Source: Candidatus Latescibacterota bacterium (GTDB lineage Bacteria; Latescibacterota; UBA2968; UBA8231). Taken from it: DNA of 64,000 bases. The notes under the pieces were generated by a model. The model was given only the letters and a program-made list of their open reading frames with translations. It ran no database searches and was not told the DNA's origin. This document shows positions 39,266 through 48,842 of this stretch, piece by piece (positions within the stretch are counted from its first letter, which is position 1; every line of letters starts with the position of its first letter). The stretch covers positions 864,001-928,000 of the forward strand of contig OZ242318.1 in assembly GCA_965208105.1 (NCBI GenBank), written 5' to 3'. Made by a program: the position numbers and the translations under genes.

Positions 39266-40471
39266 GGAGTGATATCGACAATTTGATTATTGGAAAGATC
39301 CAGCTTTTTCACTTTAGAGCCGGCAAGATTTGCCAATAGGCCTATATCACTGATTTGATTGTTACTGATATCAAACTCGGTAAACTGGCTCCATTGGGTC
39401 CATTGATTCATTGGGGCCAGACTGCTGACCTCGTTGTCCTTGATAGAAAACTTGCTCAAGGTGAGCCGCTCAATGCCCGCCAGTTGGAAAATCTGATTCC
39501 CCTCCAAATAAAGCCATTCCAGGTGAGTAAGCTGAAAAAGAGGAATCAGATCCTCAATCTGATTGCCATCTAGAAACAATCGGGTAAGTTGAGTGAGATT
39601 GGAAAGTGGGTAGAGATCCTGGATTTGATTGCTTCCGAGACCCAGGAATGTCAACTCAGAAAGCTGGGAAAGCGGAGAAATATCTTGAATCTGGTTCCCT
39701 TCAAAGTTTAGATGAGTCAATCGCGTAAGGTCAGCAAGAGGGGACAAATCGATGATAGCCTGACTCCCCAGATCAAAAGTAGTTAAATTGACGGCAGCTT
39801 CCATGCCGGTGAGATCCGATATCCTGTGGCTGGTTTGGAAAAGGTAGTTATAGTCGTCTATGGTGACGGATAACTCGTTAAGGTTGGGCATTTCCTCCTC
39901 GGGAACCATCTTTCGCTCAATATGCTTACCGGATGCATCGATCTCTAACGCTGACCTCACCAACCATGCCAGGTACTCATCGGCAAATTCCACACGCGGG
40001 AGAGATCTCAATCGGGTCCTCGCTTCGACGAACGGGCTCTGGTCCACATTCGATTAGATTGGTATCCCGATAACGCACTTCATAGGTAGCTCCCGGCTCA
40101 AGGAGATGGAAAATGACGGTGACGTTTCCATCTCCATCTCGGGTTCCTGGAGCGAAGAAAATTCCAACCAAGGGGGCGTCTGAGAAATTTCCACCACCCC
40201 TGCTTCCAACATCGACCACATGGCAATCTACTTGCCACGCGCCCGGGGGCGATTTACGACGCCACTGAATCTCATAAGCATTCACATCGTAAGCATCAAA
40301 AAAATCCAGAAAAGTCATTTTCAGAGAGGCATTCGTTTCACCAGGGATAAGGGTAGGAAGGGTCTGAGTCGTGTCTACAACTCCTCCCTGACCATATGCC
40401 AAATTTACCTGCAAGCTCGATAACAGCACTACCATTGCCCAAACGGACCAAATCCAGCGCCTAGTCATCAA
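39266..40471 (-). pseudogene. Secreted FN3-like plus internalin-type LRR protein, frameshifted near 40050 and truncated by the mini-IS3
   Basis: Signal peptide, LEPGATYEVRYR; repeats LTHLNFEGNQIQDISPL / LTRLFLDGNQIEDLIPL; the LRR frame runs into the IS end at 39265; visibly AT-richer. Confidence 0.85.
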
Positions 40472-40522
40472 TCAACTTCCCCTCTAATCCAAAAAACATA
40501 CTCAGTGCCATTATGATTGAAG

Positions 40523-40568
40523 TGGAGTCCCTCGGTTTGGTGGACCAATTCAGACTTGAGATTCCGGA
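40523..40568. repeat. Isolated IS3-family end
   Basis: TGGAGTCCCTCGGTTTGGTGGAC...GACTTGAGATTCCGGA matches 38818-38865. Confidence 0.75.
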
Positions 40569-40976
40569 GGTACAAATCAATTCCTTATATTTTTAATTTA
40601 CATTCTCGATAGATTCTCGAAGTGAATCCGAGGTGAGAATCCGTCAAGTTTTAGTGGAATTTTGGTGGAAATTGCCCCGACCTCTAATTTAGCCGGCTGC
40701 CTGGATGCAATGAGGCCCTCGGGCCTGCTTTACTTTGCATTGTTTATCGAAGGTGGGAACCACCGAAATTACTGGACTCTGACCGTTGAGGTGAATGAAA
40801 TCTTCTGAGGGAAGAGAAAAAACGGACCTGAACAACTACCCCGAGCAGGGGGCGAAATCCGATTCCTGCGGCCGCCTACCTACGCCGACAGCCTGACCAA
40901 CGGCCTTATTGGTACGTTGGCCGCTACCGGCTCATTTCATCGTCATTCCACCCAACCGAAGACCCCTGAAAAAAAC

Positions 40977-41524
40977 TCAATTCAGGTTGCCTGAGGTGGC
41001 TGCGTCGGCACTGGGCAGGTCGAAGGCTGCGGCTACGCCGGGGTGGACAACCTGGCCGCTCATCGTGTTCAGACCGCGTTGCAGGGCGGGGTTTTCGCGC
41101 AAGGCAGCGGTCACGCCCTTGTTTGCCAGTTCCAGGGCATAGGACAGGGTTACATTGGTCAGGGCATAGGTGGAGGTGTGGGGCACGATGGCCGGCATGT
41201 TGGTGACGCAGTAATGCACCACCTCTTCCTCCCGGTAGATCGGATCGTCGTGGGTGGTTGGACGCGAGGTCTCGGCGCTACCTCCCTGGTCGATGGAGAT
41301 ATCGACAAAAGCCGCGCCTGCGCGCATCTGGCCGAACAGGCTCCGGGTGAGCAGCATGGGCGCCCGGCCGCCCTGAACTGCTCATCGGGAATACTGCTTC
41401 CGGCACCGGCCCGGGTTTCGATCAATACCTGGTGACCGTGCGCAACGAGGGCGGCGACGCCGATGGGTGTGATGGCGACGCGGGTCTCCTCGGCCTTGAT
41501 TTCCCTGGGAATTCCAATCACCAT
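40977..41524 (-). pseudogene. ald: Alanine dehydrogenase, central part deleted
   Basis: MVIGIPREIKAEETRVAITP...FRAAG joined out of frame near 41362 to APMLL...VDISIDQGG.AETSRPTTHDDP..HYCVTNMPA.VP.TSTYALTNVT. Confidence 0.9.
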
Positions 41525-41557
41525 ACGGGCGCTCCTTTTTCCTCTCTTCAGCGAAAT

Positions 41558-41986
41558 TCAGACCCGCCCCGCGGCTTCCCCCACCAGCACCCTTTCCCCC
41601 TTCTGGTTCTCGCACCAGACCTCGAAGCTGAACTCGACTTCCGACCCCTCCGCTCTCCTGTGGCTCACCTTAGCCCTGCTGCGCAGGGTATCGCCCGCGG
41701 CCACCGGGGCGATGAACTTCAGGCCGGTGGTCCTGCCTGCGCTCAGCCAGTTTTCTCCGAACAGGTCGATCATCAGCTCGGCCAGGTGCCCCAGGTACTG
41801 GGTCGCCGAAACATAGACGGTATCCAACCCGGCGTCTCTGGCCGCATCCAGGTCGGTGTGAATGTTCTTCCGCGGCCACCCTGGAGTGTTCAGGGGACCG
41901 CCTGAGAACGCCGCGATCCTCTCCCACGACATCTTCTTGGGCCCGCCTGAGAATTCCGTCCCCACCTCCGTATCTTTGGCGATCAT
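41558..41986 (-). CDS. MaoC/hot-dog dehydratase-like protein
   Basis: NIHTDLDAARDAG, LKFIAPVAAGDTL, VWCENQKGE. Confidence 0.8.
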   Translation of the reverse strand: MIAKDTEVGTEFSGGPKKMSWERIAAFSGGPLNTPGWPRKNIHTDLDAARDAGLDTVYVSATQYLGHLAELMIDLFGENWLSAGRTTGLKFIAPVAAGDTLRSRAKVSHRRAEGSEVEFSFEVWCENQKGERVLVGEAAGRV

Positions 41987-42447
41987 CCTTCCCTGCTTTC
42001 ACCCGGTTCCCCCGCGGCCAGGTCCGGCGCAGCGAAGGTGTTGGTCATCTTGCGGCGCAGAATCTCCCCGCCGTCCTCGTCGACGATGCGGACGTCGAGC
42101 ACGTGCCAGGGCCGGCCGCGTTTCTCGTAGGCCTCCACCACCCGCCAGGTCACCCGCAGTCTCCCGCCCAGCCGGGCGGGACGGAGGTAGAAGGTCTCTT
42201 CCGCCGCGTGGATCTCCGCCCATCCTCCGGGAAGGAAGAAGGAAGGGCTGCGCGTATTGTTGCTCATGTTCAGCAACAGCCCCGGGTGGACCAGGGCGGG
42301 AGCGGACTCGTCTCCCTCGATGTACCTGGGGTGGAAATCCTCCTCGGCGTAGAGGTACTGCTGGTTCAACTCCGGAGTCACCACGAACTCGAATGCCTCG
42401 AATTCTTCGCCCACCTGCAGCTGATGCGCGCTCTTCGGATCAGCCAT
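41983..42447 (-). CDS. MaoC/hot-dog fold protein
   Basis: DFHPRY, IHAAEE...RP.RLG, YEKRGR, VDEDG; 4-bp overlap with the downstream gene. Confidence 0.7.
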   Translation of the reverse strand: MADPKSAHQLQVGEEFEAFEFVVTPELNQQYLYAEEDFHPRYIEGDESAPALVHPGLLLNMSNNTRSPSFFLPGGWAEIHAAEETFYLRPARLGGRLRVTWRVVEAYEKRGRPWHVLDVRIVDEDGGEILRRKMTNTFAAPDLAAGEPGESREG

Positions 42448-42468
42448 TCTCCATCCTCCTTTCACAAT

Positions 42469-43332
42469 TCAACGGTCGAGACAGCCCGCCATCTCGTCCA
42501 TGGTTTCCACGATCTCGACCCCCGCCCCGCGCAGCGCTTCGATTTTGTCCGCGGCCGCGCCCGAGCCTTCGCGGATGATCGCGCCCGCATGTCCCATCCT
42601 GCAGCCGGAAGGGGCCGTCCTGCCCGCGATGAAGGCAATGACCGGCTTGGGATAGCCCTGCTCCTTGAGGTAGCGGGCGGCCCTCTCCTCGCTGTTTCCG
42701 CCGATTTCCCCCACCATGAGCACCGCCTCGGTTTCGAGGTCGTCGCGGAACAGCTTCAGCACGTCGACGAAGTCCAGCCCGCCCACCGGGTCGCCGCCGA
42801 TGCCGATGCAGGTCGACTCTCCAATGCCGCTCGCGGCCAGGGTGACCGCCACCTCGTGGGCAAGGGTGCCGGAACGGGAGATGACACCGGTGCTTCCCTC
42901 CCGGTAGAGTATTCCCGGCATGATTCCCACTTTGCTCCTTCCCGGGCTGATCACCCCGATGGTATTGGGGCCCACCAGGGCTACCCCGCGCTCGCGGGCA
43001 CTGGCGCGAATGCGGACGGCGTCGAGGACGGGGACGTGCTCGGTGACGATCACCACCAGGGGGATGCCGGCATGGACCGCCTCGAGGCCTGCCTCGAGGG
43101 TCCCCGCCGGCGGCACCAGCAGCAGGGACGCGTTGGGCTGCTGTTCCTCGCAGGCAAGGGCGACGGTGTCGTAGACCGGAACCCCGGACACCCTGTCTCC
43201 CCCTTTCCCGGGAGTGACCCCCGCGACCACCCGGGCCCCGTACTCGCGCATCAAGCGCGCGTGCAGCGACCCGTGACGCCCGGTTATTCCCTGCACCAGG
43301 ATTCGCGTGTCGCGGTCCACGAGGATGGCCAT
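42469..43332 (-). CDS. sucD: Succinate--CoA ligase alpha subunit-like
   Basis: QGITG, GVTPGKGG, GPNTIG, SRSGTL, GIGGDP, GEIGG, phospho-His RMGHAGA. Confidence 0.9.
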   Translation of the reverse strand: MAILVDRDTRILVQGITGRHGSLHARLMREYGARVVAGVTPGKGGDRVSGVPVYDTVALACEEQQPNASLLLVPPAGTLEAGLEAVHAGIPLVVIVTEHVPVLDAVRIRASARERGVALVGPNTIGVISPGRSKVGIMPGILYREGSTGVISRSGTLAHEVAVTLAASGIGESTCIGIGGDPVGGLDFVDVLKLFRDDLETEAVLMVGEIGGNSEERAARYLKEQGYPKPVIAFIAGRTAPSGCRMGHAGAIIREGSGAAADKIEALRGAGVEIVETMDEMAGCLDR

Positions 43333-43344
43333 GGGCCCTGCCTT

Positions 43345-44487
43345 CTACTGCCGCCTGGAGATGAGCCGGAGCAGAAGTCTGACCGCGTCGTCGGTCGTGC
43401 CCCGGCGCACGAAGGGGATTTTTCGGTGGGCCAGCATGGACCAGCCCTCCTCCTCGAAATGGCCCCGCATCTTGACCACGATGGGGACGGAGGGCTCCTC
43501 CTCTTCGAAGACGCGGCACACCCCCTCGGCCATCATCTCGCAGTTGTTGATGCCGCCGTAGACATTGACGATGCCGCCACGGACGGGCTGCGCCAAAACC
43601 AGGCGGATGGCCTGCGCCATCTTCTGCGCCGAAACTCCCCCGCCCACGTCCAGGAAGTTTGCCGGGCGCCCGCCGTACTTCTCGATGATGTCCATGGTGG
43701 CCATGCACAGCCCCGCACCGCCGCCGATGATGCCGATGTCTCCGACCAGGGGAACGAAGGCGAGCCCGTCGGCCTCCGCCCGGGACTGCAGATCGGACCC
43801 CGTCTCCCGCTCCAGCTCTCCGACGATCGCGGGATGGCGGAAGAGGGCCCCGTCGCAGAGCTCGACCTTGGCGTCGCCGGCGACGGCCCTGGAATCGGGC
43901 AGCAGGAACAGGGGATTGATCTCGGCCAGCAGCAGATCGGTTTCCTGCGCCCCGCGCACCAGCTTTTCGAGGACCTCCGCCACCCTCAGGAGATGCGCCC
44001 CGCTGAGCCCCGCCTCGCTCGCCATCTGGCGGGCGGTGAAGGAGAAGAAGGGTTGCAGCGGATCGATGGGACGGCTTGCTGTGCGGTGGTCCGCTTTCTC
44101 CTGCTCCTGCTCGACCTCCACGCCGCCGCGGGAGGAGACAATGGCGCGCAGCTGGCCCAGGGATGGGTCCAGGACGACGCCGAGGTACAGCTCTCGCCGG
44201 GGATAAACCCGCTCCTCGACCAGGACAGCGGATGGGGTCCCCATGCCCGGGTAGCCGTCCAGCAAGCGGCGCGCGCTGGCCTCGGCTTCCGCCGGGGTGT
44301 CCACCAGGGCGATCCCCCCTGCCTTGCCGCGCCCGCCGGCCCGCACCTGGACCTTGACGGCCACCGGACAGCCGAGTTTCTGCGCCACCGCGCGCGCCGC
44401 CTCCGGGGTCCGGGCGATCTCTCCCCGCGGCACCGCAACGTCGAATCGCCGCAGCAGCTCTTTTCCTTCGTATTCGTAGATTCTCAT
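43345..44487 (-). CDS. sucC: Succinate--CoA ligase beta subunit-like (divergent)
   Basis: MRIYEYEGK, KVQVRAGGRGKAGG, AEINPL, GDAKV, PANFLDVGGG. Confidence 0.8.
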   Translation of the reverse strand: MRIYEYEGKELLRRFDVAVPRGEIARTPEAARAVAQKLGCPVAVKVQVRAGGRGKAGGIALVDTPAEAEASARRLLDGYPGMGTPSAVLVEERVYPRRELYLGVVLDPSLGQLRAIVSSRGGVEVEQEQEKADHRTASRPIDPLQPFFSFTARQMASEAGLSGAHLLRVAEVLEKLVRGAQETDLLLAEINPLFLLPDSRAVAGDAKVELCDGALFRHPAIVGELERETGSDLQSRAEADGLAFVPLVGDIGIIGGGAGLCMATMDIIEKYGGRPANFLDVGGGVSAQKMAQAIRLVLAQPVRGGIVNVYGGINNCEMMAEGVCRVFEEEEPSVPIVVKMRGHFEEEGWSMLAHRKIPFVRRGTTDDAVRLLLRLISRRQ

Positions 44488-44603
44488 GGCGGGATCGACG
44501 GGTTGCAGCGAGGCTGCCAGATCAGGGCAGGCGAAGGCAGGCAATCAGGTCCAGAGGACGAAAAGCATCGCCCCTGCGGACCCTGCCCGGAGCTGTGCGG
44601 CGA

Positions 44604-45773
44604 TCAATTCTTCTCAAAGCAGTAGAGGTGGTCGAAGGCGCGCAAATACATGCGGCTGCCGGCAAAAACGGGTGAGGAGCGGAATCCTTCCACCACGTTG
44701 CGGGAGACCTCCTCGTAGCCCTCGCCCGGCTCGAGGACCACCGTCGTCCCGTTCTCGGCCCCGATGAACAGCTTGCCGCCCGCAAGGGTCACCGATGCAT
44801 AGGCACTGTTCGATTTGGTGCCGAGGTCCAGATCCCTGCTGAATACCAGGGCGCCGGTCTCGACGTCGAGAATGGAGAACTTCTCCTCGCGCGAAACGGC
44901 GTAGATCAGGCCGCGGTGAATCAGCGGCGATGCATAGTGCCGCGATCCATCCACCCTGGCCACCCATGCGGTTTCGAAAGGTCCGCCGGCCTCGGCGGGA
45001 AGCTTGACAGCAACCGCCTTCTTCTCGATGAAGTAGACCATGCCCCCATGAACCACAGGGGTGGCGTACTCGAGATTCCCGATCTGCCGCGCCAGCGGCT
45101 CGCCGTCCCGGGCGCGGAACACGTCGCCCGATGAGGTGATGACCACGTCGTCGGTTCCGATCCGGGTCACCACCGGGGAGCCGAACTTTACCTGAGATTC
45201 CTGCCTCCACGCCTCCTCTCCGGTCGCCGGGTCCAGGGCAACGAGGTCGGCGATGTGGACGATCAGCCTTTCTCCCCCCAGCACCGGGGATGCGCTGTGC
45301 CCCCACTGGTGGGGCGGCCTGTCCACCAGCCGCGCCCACAGGCGGTTGCCGTCCAGGTCATGTGCGGCCGCGACACCGGACCCGAAGAGGGTGTAGACCG
45401 CGCGGCCGTCCGACACCGGGGTCGGAGAGGTATAGCCGTTGGCCTGGTGGGTCTGCACCTGTGGATCCGGAGCCACGTCTCCGAGCGACCGCTGCCAGAC
45501 GATATCCCCATGGCGGCGGTCGACCCCGAGAACCCGGTCAGGTTCGCTGCAGACCACCACCAGCGAGTCGCTCGCCAGCACCGGGGAGCCGTTCGACCAC
45601 GACGGCATCGCGGTCTTCCAGGCGACGTTCCTGCTCGGCGACCACTCGACGGGAGGGTCGGCCGCTCCGTAGTATCCCTTGCCGTCGCCGCGCCAGCCGC
45701 GGTGATCCCCCTGTGCCCAGAGCTGGTTTCCGACTGCGGTCAGAACGCTCAAATAAAGAATCAGCAAACGCAT
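44604..45773 (-). CDS. Secreted PQQ-like beta-propeller repeat protein
   Basis: Signal peptide, WRGDG.G, W...NVAWK, TPVSDG, SASPV, SSPVF...MYLR. Confidence 0.85.
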   Translation of the reverse strand: MRLLILYLSVLTAVGNQLWAQGDHRGWRGDGKGYYGAADPPVEWSPSRNVAWKTAMPSWSNGSPVLASDSLVVVCSEPDRVLGVDRRHGDIVWQRSLGDVAPDPQVQTHQANGYTSPTPVSDGRAVYTLFGSGVAAAHDLDGNRLWARLVDRPPHQWGHSASPVLGGERLIVHIADLVALDPATGEEAWRQESQVKFGSPVVTRIGTDDVVITSSGDVFRARDGEPLARQIGNLEYATPVVHGGMVYFIEKKAVAVKLPAEAGGPFETAWVARVDGSRHYASPLIHRGLIYAVSREEKFSILDVETGALVFSRDLDLGTKSNSAYASVTLAGGKLFIGAENGTTVVLEPGEGYEEVSRNVVEGFRSSPVFAGSRMYLRAFDHLYCFEKN

Positions 45774-45840
45774 AATCCGCCTCCATGCGCAAAGGTCAAA
45801 AATCCCCCGTCACCCCGCCCCGCAACAAACTACAACAGTT

Positions 45841-47775
45841 CTACCAGCCGTGCACGTAGTGCCCCACCGGGAACCAGATCAGGTCCACCGTCAGCGACAG
45901 CATCACCCCGGTGACATAGCCGATCCCCAGCCCGTAGAAGAAGGGTTTCCCCGCCGCGTAGGCGCGCGCCCCGCCGTAGCGCAGCAGCACCACCTTGACC
46001 AGGAAGACCAGCAGCAGGCTGAACCAGTAGAGGCGGCTGCCCAGGCTGTTCTGCACCGCCAGGCCAATGGGATGGAGAGGAAACCAGTGGAAGTGGCTGC
46101 GCATCAGGGCCAGGGCGCCGGCCTCGGCGAAACCCCAGAGCCAGACCCCCCACTTGCCCGCGTCTCCCAGTCTGGGGTTGTTGAGCAGAAACACCGCCCT
46201 GTCGAAGGCGTCGTGGCCGGCGCGGCCCAGGTAGAGGGACCCTCCCTCCTCGTAGGCCAGCTCGATGGTCGCCGCCGCGGCCGCCAGGAAAGCCACCGGG
46301 AAGGCGGCGACAACCGCGGCGATCACCCAGCGCGGCTGCCTCTCCAGGGAGAAAATCCGCAGGTGGTGGGTGATCGCGGTCCACGCCTGGATGCGGCCCG
46401 AACCGAAGAACGCGGCGCTGCTGAAGACCTTGTAGCCCACCAGGCTGCGCGGCGCCAGGCGAGCCGAGCCCAGCAGGTCTTCGATTATCAGCTCACCCTT
46501 CATGGGCCGCGGAAAGAGGGGAGCGAATCCGGTGGCGGCGATGAGCTTGACGGTAACGAAGTAGGCCAGGCCGATGGCGGCGAAGGCCCCCACGGCAAGG
46601 GGCAGACTCATGCCCAGTCCCATGCCCCAGCCGACCACGTAGACCGCCGATGCCGCCATGCCAGCCGCTGCCAGCCGGTAGCGCCATGCCATACGCCGGT
46701 CCCCGCTGCCGTCGCGCACCTGTCTCCACACCTGCAACAGGTGCCGGCGCGCAATCCAGATCGACCACAGCGCCACCAGGGTGAGCGCCCCGTTGGCCTC
46801 CATGGACACGATCTCCCATGCCTTCAACTCCTGGCCCGCCTCCCCTATCGACACCCCCACGCGCCTCATCATCCCGTATTTGAACATGTGAATCAGGTAG
46901 AACACGATGAGACTGCCCAGGATATCCACCGGACACAGGTAGGTCACCGCCATCACCAGCGGCATCACCCGGATGGTGACGCTGTGGTACTTTCCCAGCT
47001 CCAGGTTGTACCGTTCCCAGTAGATGGAGGTGGTGGTCAAGCCCGGAGTGAAGTAGGTGACGACGTTGTAGAGGAAGACCAGGAAGACCACCGCGAAGCC
47101 AATCCAGAACAGGTGGGAGCGGAAGAGCTGAGGCATTCGTCCGGGGCCGTCGAAACCCCGCGTGAGGTCCCGGGGCATCTGCGCAAGGGGAAAGACCAGT
47201 TTTTCCCCTTCTTCCCAATGGCGCTGAAAGATTACGATCAGGCAAAAACCGAAGACCAGCATGGCCATGGATACACCCAGCCACTGCCCTATGGCCCCTA
47301 TCCACCCGTCCCAGGGGATCTCCATTCCCTCCGAGAGTCCCAGCCAGAAAAACTCGGTCACCCTGGAGGAGGTATCGGTGAAAACGTGCCAGGGAAGGTA
47401 GTGGAATAGGTCCTCGGCCCACTGGTTCTCGGGGGTTGCGTGGTAGCCCGGCCCCGCAACGATGGCGGCCCAGTAGGTCATCCAGCCCCACTGCGGCATC
47501 GTTCCCGCCACCCAGAGCATGGAGAAGAGAACCAGCATCTCCCCCTGTCGCAGCGCGGCGGCCGGCCACAGCCGCTTGAGGACCACGTTCACGAAGATCC
47601 ACAGCACGAAGGGCATGAGCGCCACAATGGGATACTGGGACTTGACGAAGCTACCGGCCTTCAGCCCCTGGCCCACCTGGATGATGAAGTAGAGCACCCC
47701 GACGCAGCTCAGGAGCCCGAGCACGAAGGCGCGCCAGGTGATTATCGGCTGCGGACGATTCATCGAGTCAATCAA
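45841..47775 (-). CDS. Polytopic membrane protein, DUF6785/DUF6784-like putative transporter
   Basis: Many TM helices; W..GEKLVFPLAQ, WFPLHPIG, LRYGG...Y...KPFF.GL. Confidence 0.65.
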   Translation of the reverse strand: MIDSMNRPQPIITWRAFVLGLLSCVGVLYFIIQVGQGLKAGSFVKSQYPIVALMPFVLWIFVNVVLKRLWPAAALRQGEMLVLFSMLWVAGTMPQWGWMTYWAAIVAGPGYHATPENQWAEDLFHYLPWHVFTDTSSRVTEFFWLGLSEGMEIPWDGWIGAIGQWLGVSMAMLVFGFCLIVIFQRHWEEGEKLVFPLAQMPRDLTRGFDGPGRMPQLFRSHLFWIGFAVVFLVFLYNVVTYFTPGLTTTSIYWERYNLELGKYHSVTIRVMPLVMAVTYLCPVDILGSLIVFYLIHMFKYGMMRRVGVSIGEAGQELKAWEIVSMEANGALTLVALWSIWIARRHLLQVWRQVRDGSGDRRMAWRYRLAAAGMAASAVYVVGWGMGLGMSLPLAVGAFAAIGLAYFVTVKLIAATGFAPLFPRPMKGELIIEDLLGSARLAPRSLVGYKVFSSAAFFGSGRIQAWTAITHHLRIFSLERQPRWVIAAVVAAFPVAFLAAAAATIELAYEEGGSLYLGRAGHDAFDRAVFLLNNPRLGDAGKWGVWLWGFAEAGALALMRSHFHWFPLHPIGLAVQNSLGSRLYWFSLLLVFLVKVVLLRYGGARAYAAGKPFFYGLGIGYVTGVMLSLTVDLIWFPVGHYVHGW

Positions 47776-48568
47776 CCGAGCTCAATCGCAGCATGTGCCT
47801 GGCGCGCTCCGGCAGTTGGTCCCAGACCTCCCGGCGAATCCCCATGGCGCGCGCACTGGCGAGGAATCCCCTCCGGTAGACCAGCGTCAGCATGGTGCGC
47901 ACCTTTCCGGTCCGGTTGGGCATGCCCCGGTGCCACATGCGCGGGTCCCGCAGCACCACGCCGCCGAGGGGGGAAAGCATGCGCCGCGATGGCCGGTCCG
48001 ATGCCACCGCATCGAAGTTGCGGTCCGGGCCGGGGTAGGGCCCCGGAAAAAGGTGCGTACCCGGCCAGATCTCGGTGGCCCCGCTCCTCGCGGTAAAGGC
48101 AACCAGGGGAACGCTGAGCACCATCGCCGCCGCCGGCAGGGGATGGGGAAGATTGTCGAAGAGGGGATCCAGGTCCCGGTGGACGTGCTGGACTCTCGAA
48201 CCGGGCCAGGAGTTGTTGGTGTTGTAGAAGTCCCAGATGAAATCCGGGCCCAGAACCTGCTCGATGATCTGGAGGACCAAGGGGTTGGCCACGATCTGCG
48301 GATCCATGAAGGGCATCTCCCGCGGCGGCCGCACCCCGATGATCCCATGCCCTTTGCCGAAGGCATGGGGTCTTTCCAAGGGGCCGGGCCGCTCCTTGAA
48401 AAATTGCCGGTGCACGGGAATCATGGCCTGGCGGATCTCCTTCAAGAGCGGTTTCGGCACCAACCCCTGCAGCACCAGGTATCCCTCCGCGCCGAGCACC
48501 GCCACCGCCTGGTCGAGGTTCTTCTTCGTCAATTTGCCCCGCTTCAGTTCCTGCGGCGTCGGAGTCAT
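47768..48568 (-). CDS. PhyH family dioxygenase
   Basis: EGYLVL, HVHRD, GATEIWPGTH, MWHRGMPN; overlaps the membrane-protein start. Confidence 0.85.
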   Translation of the reverse strand: MTPTPQELKRGKLTKKNLDQAVAVLGAEGYLVLQGLVPKPLLKEIRQAMIPVHRQFFKERPGPLERPHAFGKGHGIIGVRPPREMPFMDPQIVANPLVLQIIEQVLGPDFIWDFYNTNNSWPGSRVQHVHRDLDPLFDNLPHPLPAAAMVLSVPLVAFTARSGATEIWPGTHLFPGPYPGPDRNFDAVASDRPSRRMLSPLGGVVLRDPRMWHRGMPNRTGKVRTMLTLVYRRGFLASARAMGIRREVWDQLPERARHMLRLSSVD

Positions 48569-48676
48569 GGCTTGCCCGCCCTCCTGCAGACGGTCGAAAG
48601 ATGCATTGAGTAGATCAGGTGTCTCTCCCTGCATTTATAAATACGGATTAATCCGCGTGCAGTCCATTGACTCCCC

Positions 48677-48705
48677 TTGACAGTGGCCCACCCGGGCCTT
48701 ATGCT
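48677..48705 (+). promoter_or_regulatory. Sigma70-type promoter
   Basis: TTGACA-17 bp-TATGCT upstream of the aminotransferase. Confidence 0.55.
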
Positions 48706-48842
48706 TGGCGCCGTATTTGCCCGGTTTCGGCGCTGGTCTCCAGCTTTTCCCCTCTGGATTTGATCTGTCTTGCACCTTCTGGCGCGGCCGGGTAAATCGT
48801 TTGCAGTCCGATCCGGTTGATAACCAAAATCCAGGAAACATC

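Noticed and set aside
42103-44625. 840-aa plus-strand ORF and many other long antisense or alternative-frame ORFs in the track
   Set aside because: Shadow ORFs of high-GC genes; they overlap well-supported opposite-strand CDSs and lack motifs
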